From contig NMRA01000925.1 in assembly GCA_002633005.1 (NCBI GenBank), forward strand, positions 1-64,000: 64,000 nt of DNA. The letters run 5' to 3'. Shown in pieces: positions 24,801-35,018 of this stretch (its first letter is position 1; the number at the start of each line of letters is the position of its first letter). The DNA comes from Phoronis australis. Its lineage: Eukaryota > Animalia > Phoronida. The notes under the pieces are model-generated. The model did not search any database and was not told the DNA's origin. It saw only the letters and a program-made list of their open reading frames with translations. Position numbers and translations under genes: made by a program.

Positions 24801-25849
24801 ATGAGGTGGTGCCCTAGTTTCCTGTGAGCAGTGTTATATAGATGGAATTTTTGTAACTTAGTTATTGCAAGGTTGTGTAGGAACTTATCAACAATTTAGA
24901 TAAAATCTGGCACGAATTTGAAGTTCATTTGTACTGGATTTCGATTTTTTATTTTTTAAAAATTGATCGAAAGCTAGCTGAAAAATAAACGTGATTGCAT
25001 GGCCACTTCTTTGAAATAATGAACTGAGGTAAACATTGTTTAAAGTTTTCCAGTTATCGTATGTTACTTTTGGACAACTTTCACTTTACTTTTGGTCAAC
25101 TTTCACTGAAAATCTTTGCGCACAATGATCCGGTTTTACTGAACATGGTAAAAGGACACCAGAGGGCACTTTCTATTGCAAAATAACCAACTTTTCACTT
25201 GGTATATTGCAACATTTGAGCTTTTTTTCTTAAACTATGAGTGCTTCTTAGACCCTTGTCCAATATGTCTGCTCGGTCTATTGTACATTTTGGCAAGGGA
25301 GCTTGGCGTGATGGTGCGATAATTGGACAATTTTTGGTCTAGGCTTCCTGATTCCTAGAGTGAGTTACCATTCAAGCCAGATTTAATTTGCAGACATGTG
25401 GTTAAAATAGCAGCTATGCACTTTTCAAATCAATGTCATTTTGTCACGAACATGTTAATGAATAATCAAACTTTTAGACACAATAAGAATTCAAAAACTG
25501 TCGAAAATCCGAAGTTCATTGTATACACCATCCTGAACTCCGTAAAAATATAATATTTTCTGAAAGTAGAAAACTTCTTGAATTTAACTTTTGACTGTTT
25601 TCCATTCTGTTATTACCGTAATCAGGTAACATGACCATGTCTGTTTAGTAAAATTTCAGTAGCGAAAAAGAAGTGTACATTGATACCATAGTAACGGTAT
25701 CAATAACATGATCAAATTTTACTTGATATAACTGTCCAAGGTGTCTGAGGTATCAAAAATGCTGTTGCAAATTTCTCAAGACCTGTTTTTGATAGCCGAT
25801 AATGCAACACTGAAACATTTTAAAAACAATTCCCAACAGCATCCTTGAG

Positions 25850-26144
25850 AACAGTGCATAAAGCATAGTATGGTTCGGTAGCGGCCCTACCTTTACACAA
25901 ACTTCGTTACAAGCACGACTAGACTTTGTTTGCAAGCTTGATACTGGTACGCTCGTAATTTCGAAACAGTCTCCTTTCTTCAGGTACGTACCAATATCAA
26001 GCTCGCAAATAAAAAGTCTAGTCATGCTTTTAACAAAGCATAGTATCTGAATGTTTCATATGAATCTGATCAGCCGTTTCTGAGATATGATGTTCCGAAG
26101 TCAGCCAAATTTGGCCATTTTTATAGGGTCCATCATAACCTTAA
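25850..26144. mobile_element. End of an abundant TTAA-targeting (Kolobok-like) MITE family; relatives near 4320-4510, 16960-17150 and 61080-61280
   Basis: Shared TTTCATATGAATCyGATCAGCCrTTTyTGAGATAT..TGTTCC motif; this copy ends CATAACC|TTAA; left boundary approximate. Confidence 0.55.
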
Positions 26145-26817
26145 TGCTTCTGAAACATAAGTTAGTGGATGCAAAAAAAAACATTCAAGCTTCAAATCAT
26201 ATACCAGGTACCTAAAGCAAAAATTTCCTGTGATGTATCGGTGGCTCCCAAAAAGATATCAGAATCTGGGCTACCGTAAAATCTAAATCGGCAAAACCAG
26301 GTTAAGTGGAACATATTAATTGTTTAGATAAGCATGCAATACTATCATACCTTAAGCACAATGGCCAAGTTCACTGCATAGCTATGTACATAGTGATTTA
26401 TATGGTGCTTGCTTTAACTTGTTTGAACAACTGTGGGAAATTCATGGAAACCATGTAAGTTTTTTATTTAGAATACAATTGATGTGTAAAGTGTTCTTTT
26501 CTCTTTCACATAAATCTACAGTAAGTTTAAAATTAATTTCTTGTTTCCAACAAGAAGAAGAAAGAATGTTTTTAGTTTTGATGTGGAACTGGATTTGGGA
26601 AGACTTTGTGACTTGTCATGTGACAAAAAGCCCCCTCCCCTCATTTGGTGATAAAAACTGCAATATTTGGCGTACAACACTAGAAGAAGTAAGACACTGA
26701 ATTGGATTTTGTAACGTTTGTGCAGTAAAAAATATGAAAAATGAAATCTGTTGGAGGAGATTAATTTCTACGGGCAAATACGCTTATTTGTGGGGTTGGA
26801 CAAGAAAGATGCATTAT

Positions 26818-29070
26818 TGGCAATATACAAAGAACAATTTTGCAAAGAAAAAGAGCATCAATCGAAGTTGCTAGAAAATATTTTGGATAGTAGAAATAAT
26901 CCAAAGCAATTCTGTTTTTTTTTTAAGTCGAGTTTTAATAATAGTCCGAAGGAAACTTTGATAACTCCAGAACGGTGGTACATGTATTTTAATTTGTTGC
27001 TCATTGAACGGATGGAACCGAGCGACACTATGTCAAATGCGGTCGTACGACAAGAAAATCAGTAACTATTATTGTGATGCTTGTGACGAAAATTTACCCA
27101 ATGGTATGAACACTTGTTTCTCATGTGAGGAAATTGACTGCGCTATACTGGATCTTCCAAACGGCAAAGCATCCGGCATTGATCATGTTGTGTTTGAGAT
27201 GTTGAAGAGTACTAGTAGGAGGGTAGCTATTGTTCCTGTATTGGAACTGCTTTTCAATGGAATTTTTGCTACAGGTCACTACCCACAAGTCTGGTGTGAT
27301 GCAATAATTGTTCCAATTTAAACAGGGTAACTCTGAAGATGAGAACAATTGTAGAGGTATCTTATTGTTGTCAGCAGTAGGAAAGCTATTCATCAAACTT
27401 TTGAATAACCACCTTAGCACCTGGGCTGAAGCAAATGTCTTTTATGAACTTCATGAATAACAGGAGGGATTCCGCTAGGGCTATTGCGCTTCAGGCCTTG
27501 TGCCAAAAATATATCAGTAAGCCTGGGGGTCGTTTTTATTGTGCTCTTGTCAACTTTTCGAAGGCGTTTGACAGAGTTCCTTACATGCTACTCTGATATA
27601 GATTACAAAAATTGGTGTCCATGGAAATTTACTTAAAGTCCTGAAATCCATGTGCAGCAAATTACGTTCATGTGTAAAGACTTGAGAAGGGTTCACCGAT
27701 TTTTTACTGTTCTGTTGGCACCAGACAAGGGTTATGATCAGCCCACTATTGTTTATCATCTATCTGAACTGATTTATTGAAGTCTTAGATAATGCCCAAA
27801 ACATTGGAGGGATTTATATCAATGAAGATGCGCCTCAAGTCAAATCGCTGTTGTATGCTCATGACATGGTTCTGTGTTCGAGCACTCAAATTAATTTGCA
27901 AAGAATGTTTAACTGCATTTGTGATCATTGCACTTCTTGGGGCATGAGTGTAAATCTGAAAAAACCTAGATCATTGTTTTTTGAAATGGCAGGCCACTCA
28001 GAGCATATTGAGAAGTGGTATTATGGAAATCAATTAGTGGAGGTTGTTTCCCAATATAAATATCTTGGAATATTTTTTACACCAAGCTTAGTTTGGCGAC
28101 TAAAACTCTGGCATGTCAAGGTAGTAAAGCTGCTGTGTCTATCTCTAAAATTAGAAGCCGGTGCACGGAATTACCATTGAGCCTTTTACTTGAACTGTTT
28201 GATAAATTGTGCCAACTATGTGCTACAGTGTGGAAATCTGGGAATTCAAAGAATATGAATGGGTTGAAAATGTATATATTAAATTCTGTTAAATTTTTTC
28301 TTGGAGTTGGAAACTCTTGCTCAGGCACAGCTGTATTGGGCGAATGTGGAATTTATCCGCTCTATACAAAGTACTATGTCACATGTGTAAAATATTGGCT
28401 AAAGTTATTGAAAATGCCACCTTCTATAATACTAAAGTGGCTTATGACATGTTAGCTGATTTAGATCGGAATGGGAGAAATAGTTGGGTATCTTCTGTAA
28501 GACAATTGCTATCAAAATACGGTTTTTATGAAATTTGGTTGAATCGAGGTATCACGTGCGAAGTCTCGTTTTCAAGTATCTTCATGCAAAGAGTTAATGA
28601 TTGCTATGAGCAAGGTTGGCGATCAGAAACTGTAACTTTGAGACTCTACTGTTATGAACGGTATCTTAAAGTTACTGCTTACTCGGTTATATTGATCCAG
28701 CCATAGACTACAAGTGGAAGTGGGTAGGCACGAGAAAGTGGAATATAATAATACCGGTAGATTATGTTTGATTTGCAATAATGGTCTTGTAGAGGATGAA
28801 TACCACTTCCTGTTGATTTGCAAGGGATATTGTGAACTTAGGTTGCGTTTTATGACAGAAGTTCAATGGAAACGCCCAACTCAAGAATCCTGTGTAGGCG
28901 TGCCAGCTAATCCAGTTATATCTGTAATTAAATATGTGTATTCTGCCCTTATAAGAAGAGAAAAATTACTCTTAAATGGGTTGACTGCTTGTGCAGATGT
29001 GCCTGTTTAATTTTTGTTCATTGTACTTTTGGCTAGAGGCCTGTAATAAAAAAATGTACGACACAATGTT
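26818..29070 (+). mobile_element. 5'-truncated, decayed non-LTR retrotransposon (RT plus C-terminal Cys/His motif; RTEX or L2/Crack-like, clade uncertain)
   Basis: Fragments GKASGID..FEMLK, VWCDAIIVPI, FSKAFDRV, GTRQG, LLYAHDMVL (YADD box mutated), YKYLG, VLGECGIYPL, RLCLICN..VEDEYHFLLIC; AATAAAAAAA at ~29045; direct repeat ACAAGAAAGATGCATTAT at 26800-26817 and 29076-29093. Confidence 0.92.
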
Positions 29071-29296
29071 GTTGAACAAGAAAGATGCATTATGGTATCG
29101 TATTTCATTTTCTTTCATAGCTCGTTCATTTATTCACGCCCCGAAATAAATGACCGTTTCAGGTTGTGAACGCTTAAAGGTGAACTTCTAATACTATCCT
29201 GATAGGCTTGGTCTCGGGTGTATGCTTACCTCTAAGTTAACCATTACAGCACTGCAGCTGTGGTAGACAGGGTGGGTTATCTTACTCCTATGCATA

Positions 29297-29527
29297 ATAC
29301 TCCATCATCCATAATACGATGAATGTTTTCAGTCATCCTGTTGGGTCATAGTATAAGAATCAATAAATCTATTACTGGACTTACGGTACGTGGAGATGGC
29401 TAGGCTGCGTCCTCCTCTCGAGGACTTCATCAGGCCACTGAGTTGTCACATGACTTGTCATGTGATCTGTCGTACAGTTTCCGTAAGTCCAGTAATAGAT
29501 TTATTGATTCTTATACTCCATCATCCA
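29297..29527. mobile_element. Penelope-like relic: 36-bp perfect inverted repeat enclosing a degenerate minimal hammerhead ribozyme
   Basis: IR 29351-29386 / 29481-29516; 15-bp direct repeat 29297-29311 / 29513-29527; minus strand reads TGGC CTGATGA A GTCCTC gagag GAGGAC GcAg cc TA GCCA. Confidence 0.6.
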
Positions 29528-29966
29528 CTTACGTGCCTTCGGGCCCCATACTTTGAGGATTTATGCTAATTAGGTAAATGAACTCCACCAAGTGAGAACC
29601 TTGCAATCACTGCCTTGCGAGGCAAATCCTCACAGTTCATTTTGCTGCAAACGTGCTATGAGCCGAGTTAATTTTCATTTGACTGAGGCATTTAACTTTT
29701 CATCTACGCTTGCCATAAAGGTGGTTTCCCATTTGGGGAACTTCAGTTTACCGAAGCTTCACCGAAACTTCACTTACCTTTCCCACTGGACAGAAATATC
29801 GAAAGTTATCGCTAGATGGCACTTCAGCCATTGAAGTGAACACCAGACAGTGCAGTTCATTTAGTACTCCTAATATTGAGTGGTGGGTTCAAGCTAATCA
29901 AAAATTGTTCTCCTGCTAGTGTTTATGGAAATGATAAGTGTAATTCTTCATCAGATGTGTATTCTT

Positions 29967-30993
29967 TTTATGCGCCCACATATTTATATGTGCACGCATT
30001 ATGCCGTCATCTCCGTCCGTCCGTCTGGGCAGCGTCCGTCCGGTGTCCGCTGCTTTATCTCCAAAACCCTTTGACATACGTTCATGAAATTTGGCACATA
30101 TGTTCCATTCATGAATGGGACGGCATGTGTGAACTTTCGGATCCGACTACCGGTGTGCCCCCTAGTGGCAATTTTAGTTTTTTACGCTTACCTTTGTATC
30201 TTCAAAAGTCCTGAACAGATTTTCATGAAATTTGGTATGTAGGCACCTATTGGTGAGATGACGCTATCCTCCCGTTTTCAGATGGATTCGACATAGTTTG
30301 CGCTTCCTAGTGGCCATTTTTAGTGTTTTCGAGTCTGTTTTTGTGCGTCCACCCCTCTATCAACCAAACCGCTCAAAGGATGATTGTGAAAGTTGGCATG
30401 TATATGCTTACTATGTAGAGGACGGTTGACGATGATTTTCCGACGATTTCGACTACTGTGGCGCCTCCTAGTGGCAGTTTTTTTTTTGCGCCTATGGCTG
30501 TATCTCCTAAACCGTTCGCAGGATCTTTACNGATGTTGACAATGGACGATGACGACTTTAGGATGATTCTGACTACCGGTATGCCTCTAGTGGCAATTTT
30601 AGTATTTTACATTGACCACTGTATTTTCATAGGTCTTCAGGTGTATACTTTGTGTTACTTCGTGACTATGAAGGAAAAGTTCCAAGTAGATATTTGTTTC
30701 TGGCATTCTAATGCTGTGCTAATCTCGTATGTTGGTAAATTTGTTTTTAATTCTATGTTTCTGTGGTGCTTTAAGCAACCGATGTATAGGATGTGCTTGT
30801 ATTATGAAGATCACTCACATTTTGCCCCTAGCCTATTGAGGAGATGATGACCATGCCTTTCCATTTTGCAAAGTACAACATACTACATATATGCCCTCTA
30901 CTGGCCACTTTATGGTACCAATAAGCAACCCTAGAAGGGTACCGTATACGGTGCAATTGTGGGCGCATTTCAACACTCTGCGTTGCTCTTGTT
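29967..30993 (+). mobile_element. Helentron-associated non-autonomous element (HINE / DINE-1-like)
   Basis: T-run start; subterminal IR ATGCGCCCACA (29970) / TGTGGGCGCAT (30958); (CGTC)n microsatellite; ~150-bp internal tandem units; 3' hairpin CAAC-n7-GTTG then CTCTTGTT; N at 30531. Confidence 0.85.
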
Positions 30994-31174
30994 AATTATT
31001 TATGTGCATCTCGCATGATCCTATATCATTGCGACCGCTTCCAATAACTTTGTCGTTGTTTCGCTTTGACTTTTCTCACTACACCGAAGTTTGGTGAGTA
31101 TACCAAAGCTTTGATTTTAAATTTAACTATTTTCTGCGAAGTTTCGCTTGCAGACTTTCAACTACCGTAGTTAA

Positions 31175-32809
31175 AGGAGAACGCCACCCAAAAAACAACC
31201 TATTTTGTGTCAATTTAGATCGAGTAGTACTACTCGATAACAGCAGGTTCGGTTGCGTTACCTGACACCTGACGGCAGACAGAGGTGTTGAAATTATCCA
31301 ATGACGTAATTGGTTGCTCACGCAGTCTGTTCAGCAGTTCACAACACGGGTTAGTGGTGTCAGCTTATCGCTTGAATTCATCGTTTAACACCAATAAATC
31401 ATCAAACATCGATGTAAAACCCTTAAAAGTACACCGAGTTGTTATAAAAATGTGTTGTTTTATTTCGCTGTTACGGATTTACAAAGTTCGGCAGGCCAAT
31501 TTACCAAGTTCTGTAGCAGGAGTTTGGGGTCTGTTCGGACATAAATTCGAAGTATTCTTCCGTGAAATACAGACAGGAGAACCTAGACCTGTGTTGTTTA
31601 TACTTGTGATTTTTTGAATTCTAAACACACAAAAGGCTTGTTATCCCAGCCAGTGGCTCGGAACCCGATCAGGCCCGTCGCGGCCGCCGGGACTGGCACG
31701 AACATAAACCGGCTTGAGTTGGAAACTAAACCTCCAGTCACCAAAAGACTATAATAGTGAGCCAAAGAAATAATGTGCACGTAATTATTTATGTGAATTA
31801 GCCACGAAACTGAAAATCTACTTACTTGTCAGGGGCCGGCCGCGAAGTCGGGTTCCCCTTCCACAGACCGTCAGGGCAAAGGTTGTACAGTAACAATGAT
31901 CTGAATAATGTATTTGTTTTTCTAGATAAAGATTCCCCTAACATGTGACCATAGCATATAAAATCGAGTATATTGCTTCACAACCCCTTTATGTCTGCAA
32001 ACACTGAATTAGCATGCGTTCACACGGCCTCGCTGGCTGGTCAATTACCTTTGTTGCCAGCATCAAAAGCCAGTAACGCAGTGGTTTATTCATTGCTGGC
32101 TTTTCAAAACATTTGCACTCACGCACTCCAAGGCATTACAAATTGTATCTAATGAGACAGACTTTGTTTCAGTTTCATATAAGCATTGGTTATGACGAGA
32201 ATAATTCATTTTGAAACTGAACGCAGAATAATAAGTTACGTCTACATGGCCACTTGCCCTGTGCCAATCCCGACTTAGTCAAGAGCTCATCCGACGAAGA
32301 CTTCACAGGTCGGATCGTTAGGTTTCACAGGCTATCAGTTCAATCGAACCAGAATACACTGATCAAGAAATACTAGAGAGGCGCCTTGAACATTCACAGG
32401 GAACGGAACGTATGGATAGTTCTTTGGTAAGCCGGAATTCGTCAGAGAAATCACTGTCGATGAAATGCCGGCCACTGACACAGAGATGTTTCACGGCCTC
32501 ATACTTGCTACTAACAGCGTACCTTTCATTCTTCACTACGCGAGCATTTTGGGCTCTCGAGGAAGTCGAAAAAACGATATACCCGCTTTCTTCGCAGCTT
32601 CATGGTTCGGACAAGCGTGAACGATGCACCACAATATAGCGGCATTCACTCTTCAGACGAACCACTGACGTCGCTGCGTCATTTCTCACCTTCCTCACAG
32701 GTTAACGCGACACCTCTCGGCAAGGTGAGATCGACTGTATAAGAGGCGATGTGGATATAGACTGATTACGACGGTAAAAAAGACTAATTAAATCGGGTGG
32801 CATTCTCTT
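31175..32809 (-). mobile_element. Internally deleted Kolobok-type DNA transposon
   Basis: TTAA|AGGAGAACGCCACCC ... GGGTGGCATTCTCTT|TTAA; contains a THAP remnant; second partial copy at 3207-3724. Confidence 0.8.
32380..32645 (-). pseudogene. Decayed THAP zinc-finger (transposase N-terminus)
   Basis: Across frameshifts the minus strand reads MP..CIVHACPNHEAAKKAGISFFRLPREPK.. and ..KHLCVSGRHFIDSDF..RL..SVP, following the THAP pattern C-x4-C...F.(F/L)P...C..HF...F; stops lie where the conserved W is expected. Confidence 0.7.
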
Positions 32810-32919
32810 TTAAGCTTTCCCACCTATCGAAACTTCGCTAAAACCGAAGTTTTACCTCTAATGAGAAAGCACTGTAAGAGAAAGGGGTGTACTTTGCAGT
32901 GTATTGGTTATTGTTGTTG

Positions 32920-32975
32920 ACAAAAGATGGTGCGGGAGTGGGAATAAAGATGGCAGCCTCCTCAGAACGTGAGTT
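32920..32975 (+). promoter_or_regulatory. Probable NAGLU transcription start region / first exon
   Basis: Two YY1-like AAGATGG motifs followed by a donor-like AAC|GTGAGT, at the edge of a CpG-rich stretch. Confidence 0.45.
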
Positions 32976-33069
32976 TGCATCATCCGTGTGATTTCCATTG
33001 CGGTTTGTTCATGTAGATATACTAAACATTACATACTTAATACACTGTTGTACACGATATCCTTGTTCT

Positions 33070-33130
33070 ATGTTTCAGCTCTGGGTCTTGTTCTTGGGAA
33101 CTGTAGTTCAATTAGCAGACATCTGTACAG
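33070..33130 (+). CDS. NAGLU: Candidate alternative signal-peptide exon of NAGLU (or 5'UTR exon 33079-33130)
   Basis: ATG..MFQLWVLFLGTVVQLADICT-G|GTATGA, phase 1, compatible with the acceptor at 34909. Confidence 0.4.
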
Positions 33131-33676
33131 GTATGATATGTGCTTTTAAGTATAAATTTGTAGTGTACATATGACTGGTTCAGCTAAATTTAAATCAGAG
33201 CTGCAATGTACCTTTGTCACTGTCAAAAACCAACATATGATTTAGGTCACCATTACATAACTGGTCTTCACTTCTCCTTTAGAAGTGATTTCTGGTCTGG
33301 AGCAGTAATGAAAGGTGTATATTCCCAATTCCAGAAATAACTTCTAATCTGAATCATGAATAATTTGAGACCAATTTTATTTTAGTTTGCGGTCAAAAAG
33401 CAATCAGTTTTACGGTGGGTCTTACTTGAACAGAAGTTGCTTTTAAGATTGCCATGAGGGGTTATCAAAACTTGTGATTTTCACGATTTTGACAACTCCT
33501 TTCTGTATTACTCATACTGTCTAAAAGTACTTCTTGAGTGCGGGTTGCATCTTTGAAGTAGATCCCCGAGTGACATCGTTAACAGAATAACATAGGTTAC
33601 AGTAAAGCACTGTCTCTATTCAATTAGTCTTATCTGCTGGGTCCACTCAGGCTGGCTATTGCCCTATTGATGTTTA

Positions 33677-34171
33677 AAGCCATGTCATACTAAGGTCGAG
33701 GCCGTGGATGTTTTGGGGAGTTGCGGTCAGTATGAACTCTTAACTTTGGTCCTGGTTCGAAGTTAATTTTGCAGTAGACAGGTGGATTTAACAGCGAAGG
33801 GTTGATGCTGCGGTGCAGTATGAACCGTCAATTTCGGTCCCATCGCAGTTATCGCCACTGTTATTGTCAACAATTAAAGGGTAGTGTCGTCGCTAACAGT
33901 TGCTTATATTTTGCTCGAATAAGTACCAATTGAATTAGAAATACGTTTTGTGTCAATTAGCAGTCATGTAAATTTTCACAAATTATCACATTAAAAAAAT
34001 CTTAGAATACACACGGTGCATCAGTGCTACCTTGCGGTTACTTCAATGACAACAGCATCAGCTACTGTTTACTTCAATGTTTAACTACTGTCTGGTATGA
34101 ATGATTCAGTTAACTTTGCAGTAACCTCCAGGCTCTGCTCAGACAAGAGTTAAGTCAGTATGAAAGAGCCT
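33677..34171. mobile_element. PIF/Harbinger-like MITE with TTA TSD
   Basis: TTA|AAGCCATGTCATACT ... AGTATGAAAGAGCCT|TTA; the uninterrupted site is preserved in the neighbouring tandem copy (~34299-34345). Confidence 0.65.
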
Positions 34172-34838
34172 TTAGACTCTGTTTGATCACCTGCTATGAC
34201 AAGTACCCTATTGCTCTTTTGTGAATGGTTTGTTATATCATGACACTTACTGTGATATTTCACAACTCACTGAGGTCTAATTTTATTACTTGCCTCTGGC
34301 TGGCTATTGCCCTATTGATGTTATAAACTCTGTTTGATTACCTGCTATGCCAAATGCCCTATTATTATTTTGTGAGTGGTTTGTTACATCATGACATTTT
34401 GTAGGGTGTCTCACTACTCACTGAGGTCTCATTTTATTTCTTGCCTTCCATGAATGTACTAGTAGTATACATTCGAAGTAGTGCAGTCTAACATAATTTT
34501 AAAACAATTTTTCCATCGTTTGTTCTTTTAATGATGTCGCTCAGGGAGCTACTGCACAGATGCCATCCGCACTCGAGGAGTATTTTTAGATAATAGAGAA
34601 CTTTACCAACAATGAATGTTGTATCGTTTTTAACGAGCTCTTCTAGTAAAATTTGGTCTAGACACATTATTGATTTGGTTGTTATGTACTCTTTTTCATA
34701 AACTGTTGTAAAAAGGAAATGGCAGATTGGTATTAAGTCAAACATCTAATTCTACAGGCTTTCTATATTCAAATAATATTTACATTTACATCAAGTTACT
34801 TAATTTTGTTGTCATCAAATTGGCTGTGTACACAGACT

Positions 34839-35018
34839 ATGAACGCTTTCGCTCTTGTTCTGTTATTTATCTTGAAATTTCACCCAAATGTTGGCTCTAT
34901 TTCAACAGGTGACCAAAAACAAGCGGTGCAGGGACTAATACAGAGATTGTTACCAGAGCGATACTCAGAGTTTGTAGTGAACATCCAGCAAGATTTTACT
35001 ACTGATGACTGGTTTGAA
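34839..35018 (+). CDS. NAGLU: NAGLU exon (signal peptide and N-terminal domain start; alternative acceptor at 34909)
   Basis: [49 protein letters not shown]...WFE|GTAAGG. Confidence 0.8.

Noticed and set aside
32291-32322. Hammerhead-like CCGACGAAGAC-n7-GTCGGATCGTTAGG
   Set aside because: Both core motifs deviate and the stems are only 2-3 bp; could be chance
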